Positions 10,351 through 20,041 of a stretch of DNA of 64,000 nucleotides are shown one piece after another. Source of the DNA: Deinococcales bacterium (GTDB lineage Bacteria; Deinococcota; Deinococci; Deinococcales; JAAFIG01); the NCBI GenBank assembly GCA_043778225.1, contig JAYWGM010000086.1, positions 1 to 64,000 on the forward strand, read 5' to 3'. How positions within the stretch are numbered: the stretch's first letter is position 1; every line of letters starts with the position of its first letter. Under the pieces are notes generated by a model. It ran no database searches. It worked only from the letters and a program-made list of their open reading frames with translations, and was not told where the DNA came from. Position numbers and translations under genes: made by a program.

Positions 10351-11597
10351 AAACTCATTACTCGAGAAATTCAAAAAAGTCTGGTTTAACGCTGGTCGAA
10401 TTACTGGTCTCGGCGGCACTCCTCGGTGCGATTCTGCTCTTTTCGGCTCAGTATTTTGCTCAGACCTCTCAGCTGAACAGCACAATCGTTTCTCAGGCAA
10501 CTTTACAAGAAGAATTAAGAAATGCAGGCAACATTATTACCGATGAAATCCAGAGGGCAGTTTATGTTTTTCCACCTTGTGGAATTTATTCGAGCGCCAG
10601 ACAGCCCACACCAACCCTTTTACCTGGCTGTACTGGCTTTGCGATAACCCCAACTGCTACAACACTTTCCTTATTAAATGTTTCTTGGTCTCGATTCACA
10701 ATGGCTACTACAGGAAACATTACTAAGCGTCCAGATGATGGTACTTATGTCTGGGAGGTTGGTAGAACTCCAAACGCTCCTATCCTTGCTATGATCGTTG
10801 CGCCATATAATCCGAGTAAACCTTGTGATGCTGGCAGTGGCAACACAAATGATGGTGGTTGTTACCAATTTGTTGCGTATTACCCTGTGCGCCGAGAACA
10901 AGTGACCCGTGGATTTTCGGGCAATAACGCAACTTCAGGTGACCTCCTTGATGTTAATTCAAATGAATCATCTCAATGGGTCATTATGGAATACCGCAGA
11001 CGTCTTTCTGCTAATCTTTACTATGACTTAGCTCCCTTCACGACCAGCTTTGACATTCCGGGAGTCGGTACAATGACATCAGGTGCTTTGGTTTCTGGTT
11101 TGATTCTTGGACCAGTTGTTCCCACTCGCTGGAGAGATGCAGGCTGTGACCTAAACGCTGCTGGTGTGTTTGATCCTGTTATGACCAATTGGATTTGCGA
11201 AAAGATTAATCGTGCAGATACATCGCCAACCGCTCCAAAATACCCTAGCCCAGACCCAGACCCAAGACCAACAAACCAAGAATCACCAACATCTTTACCC
11301 GCCATTGCCAAAGGTTCGGATGGCTCATTTGATTTGGTACGTTTCAGCGCTCGTATGGCAGCTACAGTTCGTTGGATCAACGATAGCACGCCGCGTGGCA
11401 CTTCAAGAATCTTGGTTGAAAATATCAGACCGACAGATGGCTTTTCAGTCGAATTTACCACTGCTGGAATGGATGAACGCGGCGCAACTGAGGTACGTTT
11501 GCGTTTGCAGGGTGAACTGAATCGAGGTGGTCAGCCAGTCCGATTCCCAGCCCAGCCACTCGAGTTTTTTTCTACACCTCGCAATATCGCACCATAG
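10347..11597 (+). CDS. Prepilin-type minor pilin (PilW/GspJ-like)
   Basis: GLTLVELLVS, LQEELRNA...I..EI..A, C-terminal PRN. Confidence 0.85.
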   Translation: MKTHYSRNSKKSGLTLVELLVSAALLGAILLFSAQYFAQTSQLNSTIVSQATLQEELRNAGNIITDEIQRAVYVFPPCGIYSSARQPTPTLLPGCTGFAITPTATTLSLLNVSWSRFTMATTGNITKRPDDGTYVWEVGRTPNAPILAMIVAPYNPSKPCDAGSGNTNDGGCYQFVAYYPVRREQVTRGFSGNNATSGDLLDVNSNESSQWVIMEYRRRLSANLYYDLAPFTTSFDIPGVGTMTSGALVSGLILGPVVPTRWRDAGCDLNAAGVFDPVMTNWICEKINRADTSPTAPKYPSPDPDPRPTNQESPTSLPAIAKGSDGSFDLVRFSARMAATVRWINDSTPRGTSRILVENIRPTDGFSVEFTTAGMDERGATEVRLRLQGELNRGGQPVRFPAQPLEFFSTPRNIAP

Positions 11598-11610
11598 GAT
11601 AGAGCTAGTA

Positions 11611-11638
11611 AAAAAGGCAGCCATATGGCTGCCTTTTT
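11611..11638. terminator. Bidirectional intrinsic terminator
   Basis: Perfect palindrome AAAAAGGCAGCCATATGGCTGCCTTTTT between convergent genes. Confidence 0.85.
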
Positions 11639-11648
11639 CATTACCTAC

Positions 11649-13169
11649 TCAGCGTGGCATCGCCGTAAACCCAGCCAAACACATCTCGTCTCGAGTCCCT
11701 TCACCCCAAACGGTGTAGCGTGGCTCGAGTTGCTTTCCATCCAAATACGGTTGGTTTTCTGGGCTGTTATCCCAAGTGCAAGTCAGCCGCACCACATCGC
11801 CCTTAGAAACTTCGATGGGAGTCTGCAAAGCATAGCCGCTCTGCCAGTGGAAATCCCAGCGTGGAATATCAAGCAACACTTGGCGGTTTTTGTTAGGGTT
11901 TAACTCGAGCTTAATCGATTTACCAAGTAAGTGCATATGCCCTTGAACCCGCAAAATACTGCGGTCGGCAGTCACAGGAAATTCGCATTGGGTGGTGGTG
12001 ATACCATTTTCGTGCTTGGGCTGTTTTTGGCAGTAAGTCAGCAACAAGCCGCTTTTGAGAGCATTGGTCAGTTCGGGTTCTTGGTAATTTTCAACACTTT
12101 TGTAAGCCGCATCTCGAGAACAGGGGTTTTTTGGGTCGCTCGAGATTCCACTTGGGCAAGCCACCTCGACTGGTGATAAAAATAAACTCCCGCGCAAGCC
12201 CGTCATTTTTGCGCCTTTTGGTGCAAGGTTGAGTTTAGCCACAGTTCGGTCTGTGCCTTTTCCAGCCAATAAATTGTAATGCACTTGAAGCACCAGCACT
12301 GTGCCGGGTTTCATCGAAATTCCTGTGCCGCTTGGGTACTGTACGCCGCCAGCTGTGCCGGGAACCCAGTTACCCATGATGCTAAAGCCCATGCCGCTTG
12401 TGCCGCCACCAATCCGAATCGGCACACCGGGTCCGCCAAAGCACTCGTAGCCACCACGACCATCGGCAGCGTTTTCGAGTTTACGCAATTCAGGAACCAT
12501 CTGTGGTTCGACCGTAAAAATAATCACATGATGCACCATTTTTTTGTTTTCTGGCACGATGTCGTAGCCCGTGATAAAGCGCTCGCCATCCAGTTTAGGG
12601 TCAACCACAAAGCAACGGTACTCGTCGGAATAATCAGATTTAGGCGTAAAATCCTTGCCAATGTCCATGGTCAAATCGGCATTTTGAATACGGCTGGTTG
12701 GCAGGACTCGAGGTTTGGCATCGGTGGTTTTACCCAAGGGTGCGCCAGCCCATGCCCAATTTGCCAAAATCGCAATTTCGTTGTCGCTTAGTTTGGTTTC
12801 GTCTTTAAATTTCGGGCTTTCGCCGCCGGGCATCCATGGTGGCATCTTTTTATTTTGCACCGCAAATTGCGAAGCTCGAGCATACTTGACTGCATCTTGG
12901 GGATTCTCGAGGCTAAATGGCGCAATACTGCCTTGACTATGGCAACCGAGGCAGTTCTTATCTAAAATTGGCTGGACATCGCGGTAATAGGTTGGCACAT
13001 AGCTCAGGAGCGGCGGTTGGGTTTGCTGCATCCGCACAGGTTCAAAAACATTGTGGTGTCCTCGAGTGCGGGTTTCGCTGACCAAACTGTTTTGGACACT
13101 GAGGGTTCGAGCGGCAAAAGCGCCTCCCAAGAGGACGGCTACAGCAATCAACCATTTTGGCTTTATCAT
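11649..13169 (-). CDS. Exported copper type II ascorbate-dependent monooxygenase-like protein with N-terminal cytochrome c (CxxCH) domain
   Basis: Signal peptide; CLGCH...MPPW; VHH, QVHY, GHMHLLG, WDFHWQ and DEMC Cu-site motifs. Confidence 0.8.
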   Translation of the reverse strand: MIKPKWLIAVAVLLGGAFAARTLSVQNSLVSETRTRGHHNVFEPVRMQQTQPPLLSYVPTYYRDVQPILDKNCLGCHSQGSIAPFSLENPQDAVKYARASQFAVQNKKMPPWMPGGESPKFKDETKLSDNEIAILANWAWAGAPLGKTTDAKPRVLPTSRIQNADLTMDIGKDFTPKSDYSDEYRCFVVDPKLDGERFITGYDIVPENKKMVHHVIIFTVEPQMVPELRKLENAADGRGGYECFGGPGVPIRIGGGTSGMGFSIMGNWVPGTAGGVQYPSGTGISMKPGTVLVLQVHYNLLAGKGTDRTVAKLNLAPKGAKMTGLRGSLFLSPVEVACPSGISSDPKNPCSRDAAYKSVENYQEPELTNALKSGLLLTYCQKQPKHENGITTTQCEFPVTADRSILRVQGHMHLLGKSIKLELNPNKNRQVLLDIPRWDFHWQSGYALQTPIEVSKGDVVRLTCTWDNSPENQPYLDGKQLEPRYTVWGEGTRDEMCLAGFTAMPR

Positions 13170-13233
13170 TTTGTTAGCGTACAACCAATTTGTCAGATTT
13201 GAATGTGAGCAGTAGATGATTTAAGCCCAAACA

Positions 13234-13941
13234 TTAACTTAGGGCGGCAATCAGCACCGCCACCTCGGCAATTTCGACAATCGCCCCGTAGACATCGCCG
13301 CTAATGCCACCATTTAAGCGGCTTGCGGCAAACCACGCCACGCCAAGGGCTGCCAGCACCGCTACGACTGCCAGCTTGGGCGCAAGCAGCACCGCCGGCA
13401 GAGCAATCAAAAAGCCAACCCGCCAATTGCCTTCTCTCGAGCGTGCGCCAAGGCTTTCGGCTCGAGCGGCTGGAAAGAGGTTCATCGGGATTAACAAAGC
13501 GGCTCGAGCCAAAACGGGCGCAAGTAAAAGCGGCAGCCAAGCCTCGAGACTGCTCAGAGCGCTCCATTTGAGTAAAATATGCACTGCCCCAACGCCCAAG
13601 CCAAACGCGCCCATGTGGACATCCGATAAAATCTCGAGCCGTTGGGCTGGGGGCTTTGCCGCCAGAAGCGCATCGCCGCAATCCACCAAGCCATCAAAGT
13701 GCAGCATTCCGGTCAAGGCAAACCAGACCGCCAGCACCAAGGCGGCTGATACCGCACTGGGTAAGCTCGAGACCAACAACCAAGTCAGGCAGAGCAACCC
13801 ACCCAACGTCCAGCCAACGGCTGGATAATAGCCACTGGCATTTTGAAATTCGCCAGCTTTGACTTCACCCACGTGCGGCAGGGGCAAGGTGCTTAAAAAA
13901 GTATGGGCGAGGTGCAAGCCACGGATGATGCTCGAGTTCAC
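13234..13941 (-). CDS. cobS: Adenosylcobinamide-GDP ribazoletransferase
   Basis: FLSTLP, TGMLHFDGLVDCGD, D.HMGAFG, GGISGDVYGA..E. Confidence 0.92.
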   Translation of the reverse strand: MNSSIIRGLHLAHTFLSTLPLPHVGEVKAGEFQNASGYYPAVGWTLGGLLCLTWLLVSSLPSAVSAALVLAVWFALTGMLHFDGLVDCGDALLAAKPPAQRLEILSDVHMGAFGLGVGAVHILLKWSALSSLEAWLPLLLAPVLARAALLIPMNLFPAARAESLGARSREGNWRVGFLIALPAVLLAPKLAVVAVLAALGVAWFAASRLNGGISGDVYGAIVEIAEVAVLIAALS

Positions 13942-14052
13942 GGTTTATTCTAGCTGGATTTGTCGCAGCCCGTCTTTTATGGGTAGAATCTTGCTGTTCA
14001 TTAAAGTAGGGGACTTAGGGGTTTTCGCCATTCTTTCTTTTGGAGGTCGTTT

Positions 14053-15210
14053 GTGAATGTGATTTTCTTATCCCCGCATTTTCCACCCAACTTTAGGCAT
14101 TTTGTGCGTGGTCTACGTGAGGCGGGCGCAACCGTGCTGGGCTTGGGCGATGAGCCTTTTGATAACCTTCATTCGGATTTACGCGGCAAATTTCATGAGT
14201 ATTACCGTGTGTCCGACATGGATAATTACGATGCCTTGGTGCGCGGCATGGGGCATCTGACTTTCAAGTGGGGCAAAATAGACCACCTCGACAGCCTCAA
14301 CGAACACTGGCTCGAGACCGAAGCAGCTATTCGCACCGATTTTAATATTGCTGGCATTCAACTCGATTGGATTGGCAACATCAAACGCAAATCACAAATG
14401 AAACAGCGTTTCAGAGAAGCGGGCGTAGCCGTGGCTCGAGGCGAAGTTTGCACCACTCCCGAAGCCGCCAAAGCCTTTATCCAAACCGTGGGCTATCCGA
14501 TTGTTGCTAAGCCAGATATTGGAGTTGGCGCAGCCAAAACCTATAAAATTAACGATGACTTTGAACTTGAGTTTTATCTGCGCGATAAACTGCCCGTAGA
14601 TTATATTCTCGAGGAATTTATCAAAGGCGATATTGTCACCTTTGATGGTCTGACCGACAAAAACGGCGAGGTCTTATTTCTTGCCAGCCATCGTTACTCG
14701 AGGGGCGTGATGGAAACCGTCAACGAAGATGGCGATATTTATTATCATTCCGAGCGAATCATCCCGCCAAGTTTAATGCAAGCCGGTATGGCATCCCTAA
14801 AAGCCTTTGATGTCCGCGCACGATTTTTTCACCTCGAGTTTTTTGAGATAGACGGCGCAATCACTGCCCTCGAAGCCAATATCCGCCCGCCGGGTGGTTT
14901 GACTGTCGATATGTTTAATTATGCCAACGACATGGATGTCTACCAAGAATGGGCAAACTTGATTGTTAAAGGCGAATTTAAGGCAAAAGCTGACCGCCCA
15001 TATCACACCGTTTATGTGGGGCGCAAAGACCACTTGCACTATCAACTCGAGCATGGCGCAGTTCTCGAGCAGTACAAACATCTGGTCTGTCATCACGAAC
15101 GAATCATGAGCATTTTTAGCCGAGCGATTGGCAATTATGGTTATATTTTGCGCTGCCCAGACCTCGAGCCACTTTTGGCGGCGGCTGAAGCGATGATTGC
15201 CAAGCGGTAA
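14053..15210 (+). CDS. ATP-grasp domain protein
   Basis: SPHFP, SLNEHWL, KPDIGVGA, EEFIKG, FFHLEFF, EANIRPPGG. Confidence 0.88.
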   Translation: MNVIFLSPHFPPNFRHFVRGLREAGATVLGLGDEPFDNLHSDLRGKFHEYYRVSDMDNYDALVRGMGHLTFKWGKIDHLDSLNEHWLETEAAIRTDFNIAGIQLDWIGNIKRKSQMKQRFREAGVAVARGEVCTTPEAAKAFIQTVGYPIVAKPDIGVGAAKTYKINDDFELEFYLRDKLPVDYILEEFIKGDIVTFDGLTDKNGEVLFLASHRYSRGVMETVNEDGDIYYHSERIIPPSLMQAGMASLKAFDVRARFFHLEFFEIDGAITALEANIRPPGGLTVDMFNYANDMDVYQEWANLIVKGEFKAKADRPYHTVYVGRKDHLHYQLEHGAVLEQYKHLVCHHERIMSIFSRAIGNYGYILRCPDLEPLLAAAEAMIAKR

Positions 15211-15288
15211 AAGCAGCCATGAGAAAACCTAAGGCTTGAGACTCAAAGCTCAAAAGCCCAAATCCCATCACCACTTACGAGGTTTTTT

Positions 15289-16020
15289 ATGAAAATTGAA
15301 CATCACCAATGGTTTTCAAACCACCTTGGACACGATATGCACTTTAAGGTTTATGGGCATTTCGGGCAACCCATTTTGGTTTTTCCGGCTCAAGAAGGGC
15401 GTTATCACGATTATGAAGCCTTTAAGATGATTGAAGCCTGTTCAGCCTTGATTAAGGCTGGGCGAGTCAAATTTATCTGTATTGACAGCGTGGATTGGCA
15501 AACATGGACCAATAAAGGGGTTCATCCTGCCGAGCGGGCGCGGCGGCATGGCGATTACGAAAAATATGTGATTAACGAAGTCGTGCCATGGATACAAAAC
15601 AACACCGGTTTAGCCACCACTTGGGCGACTGGTTGCAGCATGGGGGCATTGCACGCCACTAATTTTTTCCTCAAACGCCCCGATGTTTTTGATGGTTTGA
15701 TAGCCTTGTCTGGTTTGTACAGTATGCAGAGTTTTATTGGTGATTACGGCGATGACAACACCTTTTATAACAGCCCATTGCAGTATTTACCAAATTTATC
15801 TGACCCGTGGCATCTCGAGCATTATCGCCGTGCCAAAATTGTTTTTGCAGTCGGGCAGGGCAACTGGGAAGTCGAAGCGATTGCCGATACCCAAGGAATG
15901 CAGCAACTACTGGCTTCCAAGGGTGTACCCGCATGGTTTGATTATTGGGGCTATGATGTGCCGCACGACTGGACTTCGTGGCGCAAAATGATGCCGTATT
16001 TTCTCGAGAAAATTTTATAA
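15289..16020 (+). CDS. Esterase family (alpha/beta hydrolase) protein
   Basis: YGHFGQP, GCSMGA nucleophile elbow, HDW..W. Confidence 0.88.
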   Translation: MKIEHHQWFSNHLGHDMHFKVYGHFGQPILVFPAQEGRYHDYEAFKMIEACSALIKAGRVKFICIDSVDWQTWTNKGVHPAERARRHGDYEKYVINEVVPWIQNNTGLATTWATGCSMGALHATNFFLKRPDVFDGLIALSGLYSMQSFIGDYGDDNTFYNSPLQYLPNLSDPWHLEHYRRAKIVFAVGQGNWEVEAIADTQGMQQLLASKGVPAWFDYWGYDVPHDWTSWRKMMPYFLEKIL

Positions 16021-16046
16021 AGGGCGAGGCAATCTGCCCTAGGAGA

Positions 16047-16427
16047 TTACTCGGCAATCACTTCAATTTCGACCAAACAAGACTTGGGTAATTCACGCAC
16101 TGCAACTGTGGTGCGGGCTGGATATGGCGCAGCAAATTTTGTGGCATAGACGGCATTCATGGCAGCAAAATTTGCCATGTCCGACAAGTAGACATTGCAC
16201 TTAAAAACATCATCTAGGGTCTTGCCAGTTGCCTCAAGAACAGCTTTGATGTTCTTAAAAACTTGCTCGGCTTGTTCGGTCACACCACCAGCCACCAGTT
16301 CGCCCGTGGCTGGGTCTATTGGGGTCTGACCTGAGCAGTAAATCAAACCGCTTTTGGTGCGAACACCTTGAGAATAAGGTCCAATGGCGGCGGGTGCGTT
16401 GGCAGAAGCAAAAGTATCTCTGGGCAT
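16047..16427 (-). CDS. ridA: RidA family enamine/imine deaminase
   Basis: APAAIGPYSQ, SGQ, F..MN.VY, PAR, VEIE; GGAGG RBS before ATG 16427. Confidence 0.9.
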   Translation of the reverse strand: MPRDTFASANAPAAIGPYSQGVRTKSGLIYCSGQTPIDPATGELVAGGVTEQAEQVFKNIKAVLEATGKTLDDVFKCNVYLSDMANFAAMNAVYATKFAAPYPARTTVAVRELPKSCLVEIEVIAE

Positions 16428-16453
16428 GGGTAAATCCTCCAATAGAGAGTCTA

Positions 16454-17848
16454 TCAGTTTAAGGTTCTCGATTGACCGGGGGTCAGCAGTTGTCTGGCAC
16501 GTTCGATATAGCCTTCTAAGGTGATTGCCCATTCATCGGCTGGCTCGAGGTGCGGCAGGGCTAAACTGGCATGGTGCAGAATTCTTTCGGGGCTGCGCCA
16601 ACCGAGTTGCACCAGTGTATCGGCGGTCATTTGGTTGGCAATCACCCAATCGCGGCTGGCTTCTGGGGCGTTCTCGAGGGCGCGGGCATAGTGGTCTAAG
16701 GCTTCGTCGAGGCGATAATACTCGTAAGCAAGGTTTGCCAACAATAAACTGGCTGGAATAACTGCGCCCATCTCGAGCGCGATTTTGGCGGCGCTTTCGG
16801 CTTGGTCAAAATTGCCAAGGCGGTACTCGAGTTCAGCAAGGTCGGCATGGATTTCGGCTTTGTGCGGGTAACTGACCTCGCTTAAAGCCCGTTGTAAACT
16901 CTGGCGTGAATCCTCGGACAAATTAGCATCCATTTGGGCTAAACCCAGTTCGTGTAGCGCAAAACCTCGGTCTGGCTCTTGGGCAAGTATCACGGCTCGT
17001 TCAAAGGCTGGAATGGCTTGTGTCCAATCCTCGAGTGCGGCAAGACTTTGGGCTAAAACCAAGGTGACTGGAAAACTGGCTTCGCCGATACTGGTTTCAA
17101 GCGCCACTGCCAACTCGGAGCGCTGTTTTGCCAGCCGTGGATTCTCGAGCATCAGGTGCGCTCGGGCTTCGAGGTGCAATCGGGCGGCGGCATCCAAAGG
17201 AAATTCCATACCAAACAGCGCTGCTTGGCTTTCCTCGAGTGCCAAAAGGGCTTCGTGCGGTTCTTCGAGGTCTAAAAGCATGGCGGCTTTGTCTTGCAAT
17301 AAACTGGCTTTGTCTGCCCCAGTTGCCCCCAACGAGGCTTGCTGATACGCCAAGCTGGCATCGCGCCACCGCCCCAATTCCTCGAGCGCCCCACCGCGCC
17401 ACGACCACGCCCGCCACTGCAAATAGCTGGGTAAATCGTTCAGTGCTTCCAGAACCGCCAAACCAAGTTCGGCTTCGCCAAGCGAGACCAAGGCACTGCC
17501 AGCATAAAACCGCGCCGTCTGGCTACCATTCGAGCCAAGCCGTGCCAATTCGATGGCTTTAAGTCGCGCTGGTTCGTCGGGCTGGATAAAATCTTCTAAA
17601 CCAAACGCTAAGCTGTTGGCTTTCAGTGCCAAGTACAGTGCATCCGACTGTAATTCTGGTTCTATTTGCTCGAGACAACGGCTTAATCCTTCTGCGCCAC
17701 CAACCCCAAAGAGCGTATAAACTGCCGCCAACTCGAGCGCCAATACTGACTCCTCGCGTCGGTCACGCGAACGCTGCAAGGCACGTTCCAAGACCGAAAA
17801 AGCCAATTCAAAATCGTTGTTTTCTAAAGCGCTTTGGACTTGGGTCAT
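16454..17848 (-). CDS. Tetratricopeptide repeat protein
   Basis: Repeated A/L/E-rich TPR-like helices. Confidence 0.75.
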   Translation of the reverse strand: MTQVQSALENNDFELAFSVLERALQRSRDRREESVLALELAAVYTLFGVGGAEGLSRCLEQIEPELQSDALYLALKANSLAFGLEDFIQPDEPARLKAIELARLGSNGSQTARFYAGSALVSLGEAELGLAVLEALNDLPSYLQWRAWSWRGGALEELGRWRDASLAYQQASLGATGADKASLLQDKAAMLLDLEEPHEALLALEESQAALFGMEFPLDAAARLHLEARAHLMLENPRLAKQRSELAVALETSIGEASFPVTLVLAQSLAALEDWTQAIPAFERAVILAQEPDRGFALHELGLAQMDANLSEDSRQSLQRALSEVSYPHKAEIHADLAELEYRLGNFDQAESAAKIALEMGAVIPASLLLANLAYEYYRLDEALDHYARALENAPEASRDWVIANQMTADTLVQLGWRSPERILHHASLALPHLEPADEWAITLEGYIERARQLLTPGQSRTLN

Positions 17849-17871
17849 GCGAGCCAGAGAATACCAAAAAG

Positions 17872-17977
17872 CAGGGGTTAAAAGGGAAAAAGGTTAAAAG
17901 TAAAATTCTGTCTTCACCTTTTACCCTTTTTACCCTTTCACCTTTTTACCCTTTCTACCCTTTCACCTTTTTACCCT
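17872..17977. repeat. Short tandem 8-9-mer repeats (TTTTACCC/TTTCACCT) with a complementary purine-rich arm
   Basis: About 8 degenerate units. The related (A)AAGGTNAA arrays occur at 42763-42795, 52128-52149 and 52592-52626. Confidence 0.75.
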
Positions 17978-19242
17978 CAATACTTATACGTGATGGTGTA
18001 CGAACCTTCAAATTTTTGATTTGGCACAAGGGTGGTGCTGGCATTTAAGCCTTCGCTTTCGCGGCGCAGGTTGGGTAGGCTAACCGCATCAAGGTTGTAA
18101 TTGCCGCTTGTGCCTAGATTCTCGCGTAAGCGAATCATGACTGGGCGGTTTTTGGTGTTGGTCAGGCTAAAAACGACCTTGAATTTAGCAAAAGTATTGG
18201 TACGGCTAATCACTTCGGTGGTGCGTAAAAGCCGCAAATCGAAATCTGAGCCGAGGTATAAATTGGCGCGTTCGGCTTTTGGGGTGTCCGAAACTCGAGC
18301 CTGACCAACCACGCGGTTGTCCTCGCGCACCGTCACCACACCGGCGGGTAAATCGGTTTCGCTCTGGACTCGATACAAGCGCTGCATGGCTAAAACTTGG
18401 CGCGGCGCATCGGTAAAAGAACCCGTGTAATCTAAAATTCGCTCGAGCTTGGTGGATTTATTCAAGAAAGGCACACTGGTGGTTGTGCCACTGCCCAAAG
18501 TGAGGGCTTTGGGATACTTGAAAATTTGCAAACCAGCACTTTCGCCAATTGCCTCGACACTATTGACCGAATCGGCTCGAGCCACATTGAGGTTTTGGGC
18601 TTGATTCGATTGAAAATTCTGGTTTTGTTGCCCAGACTCGAGGTTAATCTGTCCAGCCACCAAGGTGATTTCTGGCACGTTATAAGGTGTTGCGCCAGCA
18701 TTTCGTAAGTCTGCCCAAGCAGTTAAACGCCCAGTATCGCCCACAACATTGAGGGTGTAACGTGGCGACCAAGTAAGCGCTCTGGTGAGGTAGCTTAGGT
18801 TTGATTTGCCACCCGCCCCAGCAAATTGCCACTGGTAGGTCGGTTCAAAACGCACCCCCTCGAGACTTGGGAAAATCACTTGACTGGCATCCAATTGGCG
18901 GTACTGCCCAGCAATTTCAAACAAACCAAGGTCAGCCCGAATCACAATGGCTTTAACAATGCGGTTGTCCTCGATTCTGACCATCACTTCTTTGCCCTCA
19001 AAAAATTTAAGGAGATTGCTGATGCCCGGCAGTAAAGTCAAAGACTGCACTTCGGAATACTCGAGTTCAAGGCTACCGGGAATCAAAAACTGCGCGAGGT
19101 CGGGGGTCGGAGTCCACTCGAATTTGTTGCCAGTTAAGGTAACAGGACTGCGAACCTCGGCAAAGTTATAAGAAACCGTTAATTCTTGGGCGGCGGCACT
19201 CGAGAGTCCAAAAGCAAGCAAGGTCGCAAAAGTCTTTTTCAT
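17977..19242 (-). CDS. DUF4139-like exported protein
   Basis: Signal peptide; LSYLTRALTWSPRYTL, L.AWADLRN, LPAGVVTV, LG.DFD. Confidence 0.7.
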   Translation of the reverse strand: MKKTFATLLAFGLSSAAAQELTVSYNFAEVRSPVTLTGNKFEWTPTPDLAQFLIPGSLELEYSEVQSLTLLPGISNLLKFFEGKEVMVRIEDNRIVKAIVIRADLGLFEIAGQYRQLDASQVIFPSLEGVRFEPTYQWQFAGAGGKSNLSYLTRALTWSPRYTLNVVGDTGRLTAWADLRNAGATPYNVPEITLVAGQINLESGQQNQNFQSNQAQNLNVARADSVNSVEAIGESAGLQIFKYPKALTLGSGTTTSVPFLNKSTKLERILDYTGSFTDAPRQVLAMQRLYRVQSETDLPAGVVTVREDNRVVGQARVSDTPKAERANLYLGSDFDLRLLRTTEVISRTNTFAKFKVVFSLTNTKNRPVMIRLRENLGTSGNYNLDAVSLPNLRRESEGLNASTTLVPNQKFEGSYTITYKY

Positions 19243-19307
19243 GGTGTAAAGCCTAAAACGCGGCTTGATGAGGAGCAAGCCAAATGTTTAAGCCAAACTT
19301 AACCTAT

Positions 19308-19408
19308 CCGCGCATAGTACGAACTTGCTTAAACCCGTGCATAGTACGAACTTGCTTAAACCCGCGCATAGTACGAACTTGCTTAAACCCGTGCATAGTA
19401 CGAACTTG
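19308..19408. repeat. 27-bp tandem repeat (about 3.7 copies) of the prsW 3' end
   Basis: Unit CCCG(C/T)GCATAGTACGAACTTGCTTAAA, with C and T alternating between copies. Confidence 0.95.
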
Positions 19409-20012
19409 TCAAACGCCACATCACAATCATTAAGCCAGCAAATGGCAAGAGCAGCCACTCGAGTCCAGTGCTGCTGCCAGCCCCGAGCAACAAAAAATTG
19501 AAAACCGTGTGCAACAAAGCAGCCAACAACCAACCACGGCGCAGCAAAAAACGCCCTGTGCTAAAACGTCGTAAGCTCATGGCATAGCCCCAAGCCCCAG
19601 CAAATAAAATATGCCCAAGGGTCGAAATCGGACCACGAATCAGAATCAGGCTTGCGCCATGCTCGAGTAAATAAAAAGCATTCTCGAGGGTCGCAAAACC
19701 CAGTGCGGCAGCCGTGGCATAAATTAAGCCATCTATGGGTTCGTCGAATTCGCGGCGTTTGGCAACCGACAACGCCGCCAGCAATTTACAACCTTCTTCG
19801 ATGATGCCGACACAAAAAAACATTGCGGTGCTGCCCAAGGTACTCGAGATACCCAATTCTAAAAGCGCCGCCGGAATGACCATCGCCATACCCCAAGCAA
19901 AGGTTCGTAAGACCAGCCAAGTTGGTTCGGGATTGCGGTCGCGGCGGGCAAAAAACCAAAACCAGAACAGCGCAGGAGCAAGTGCCAAGGCAAAAAGGGC
20001 TGCAAAATTCAT
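19383..20012 (-). CDS. PrsW family intramembrane metalloprotease
   Basis: D.NPEP, IEE..K, DGLIY, GFATLEN, GH and LH..FN motifs. Confidence 0.9.
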   Translation of the reverse strand: MNFAALFALALAPALFWFWFFARRDRNPEPTWLVLRTFAWGMAMVIPAALLELGISSTLGSTAMFFCVGIIEEGCKLLAALSVAKRREFDEPIDGLIYATAAALGFATLENAFYLLEHGASLILIRGPISTLGHILFAGAWGYAMSLRRFSTGRFLLRRGWLLAALLHTVFNFLLLGAGSSTGLEWLLLPFAGLMIVMWRLTSSYYARV

Positions 20013-20041
20013 TGGCTCGCCTCGGGTCTCACGGCTTGAGT

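Noticed and set aside
16021..16042. Additional REP copy
   Set aside because: AGGGCGAGGCAATCTGCCCTAG is an imperfect hairpin without a clean CTAC end; it may simply be a terminator between convergent genes.
19308..19408. CRISPR array
   Set aside because: Repeats are contiguous with no unique spacers, derive from the prsW 3' end, and no cas genes are present.
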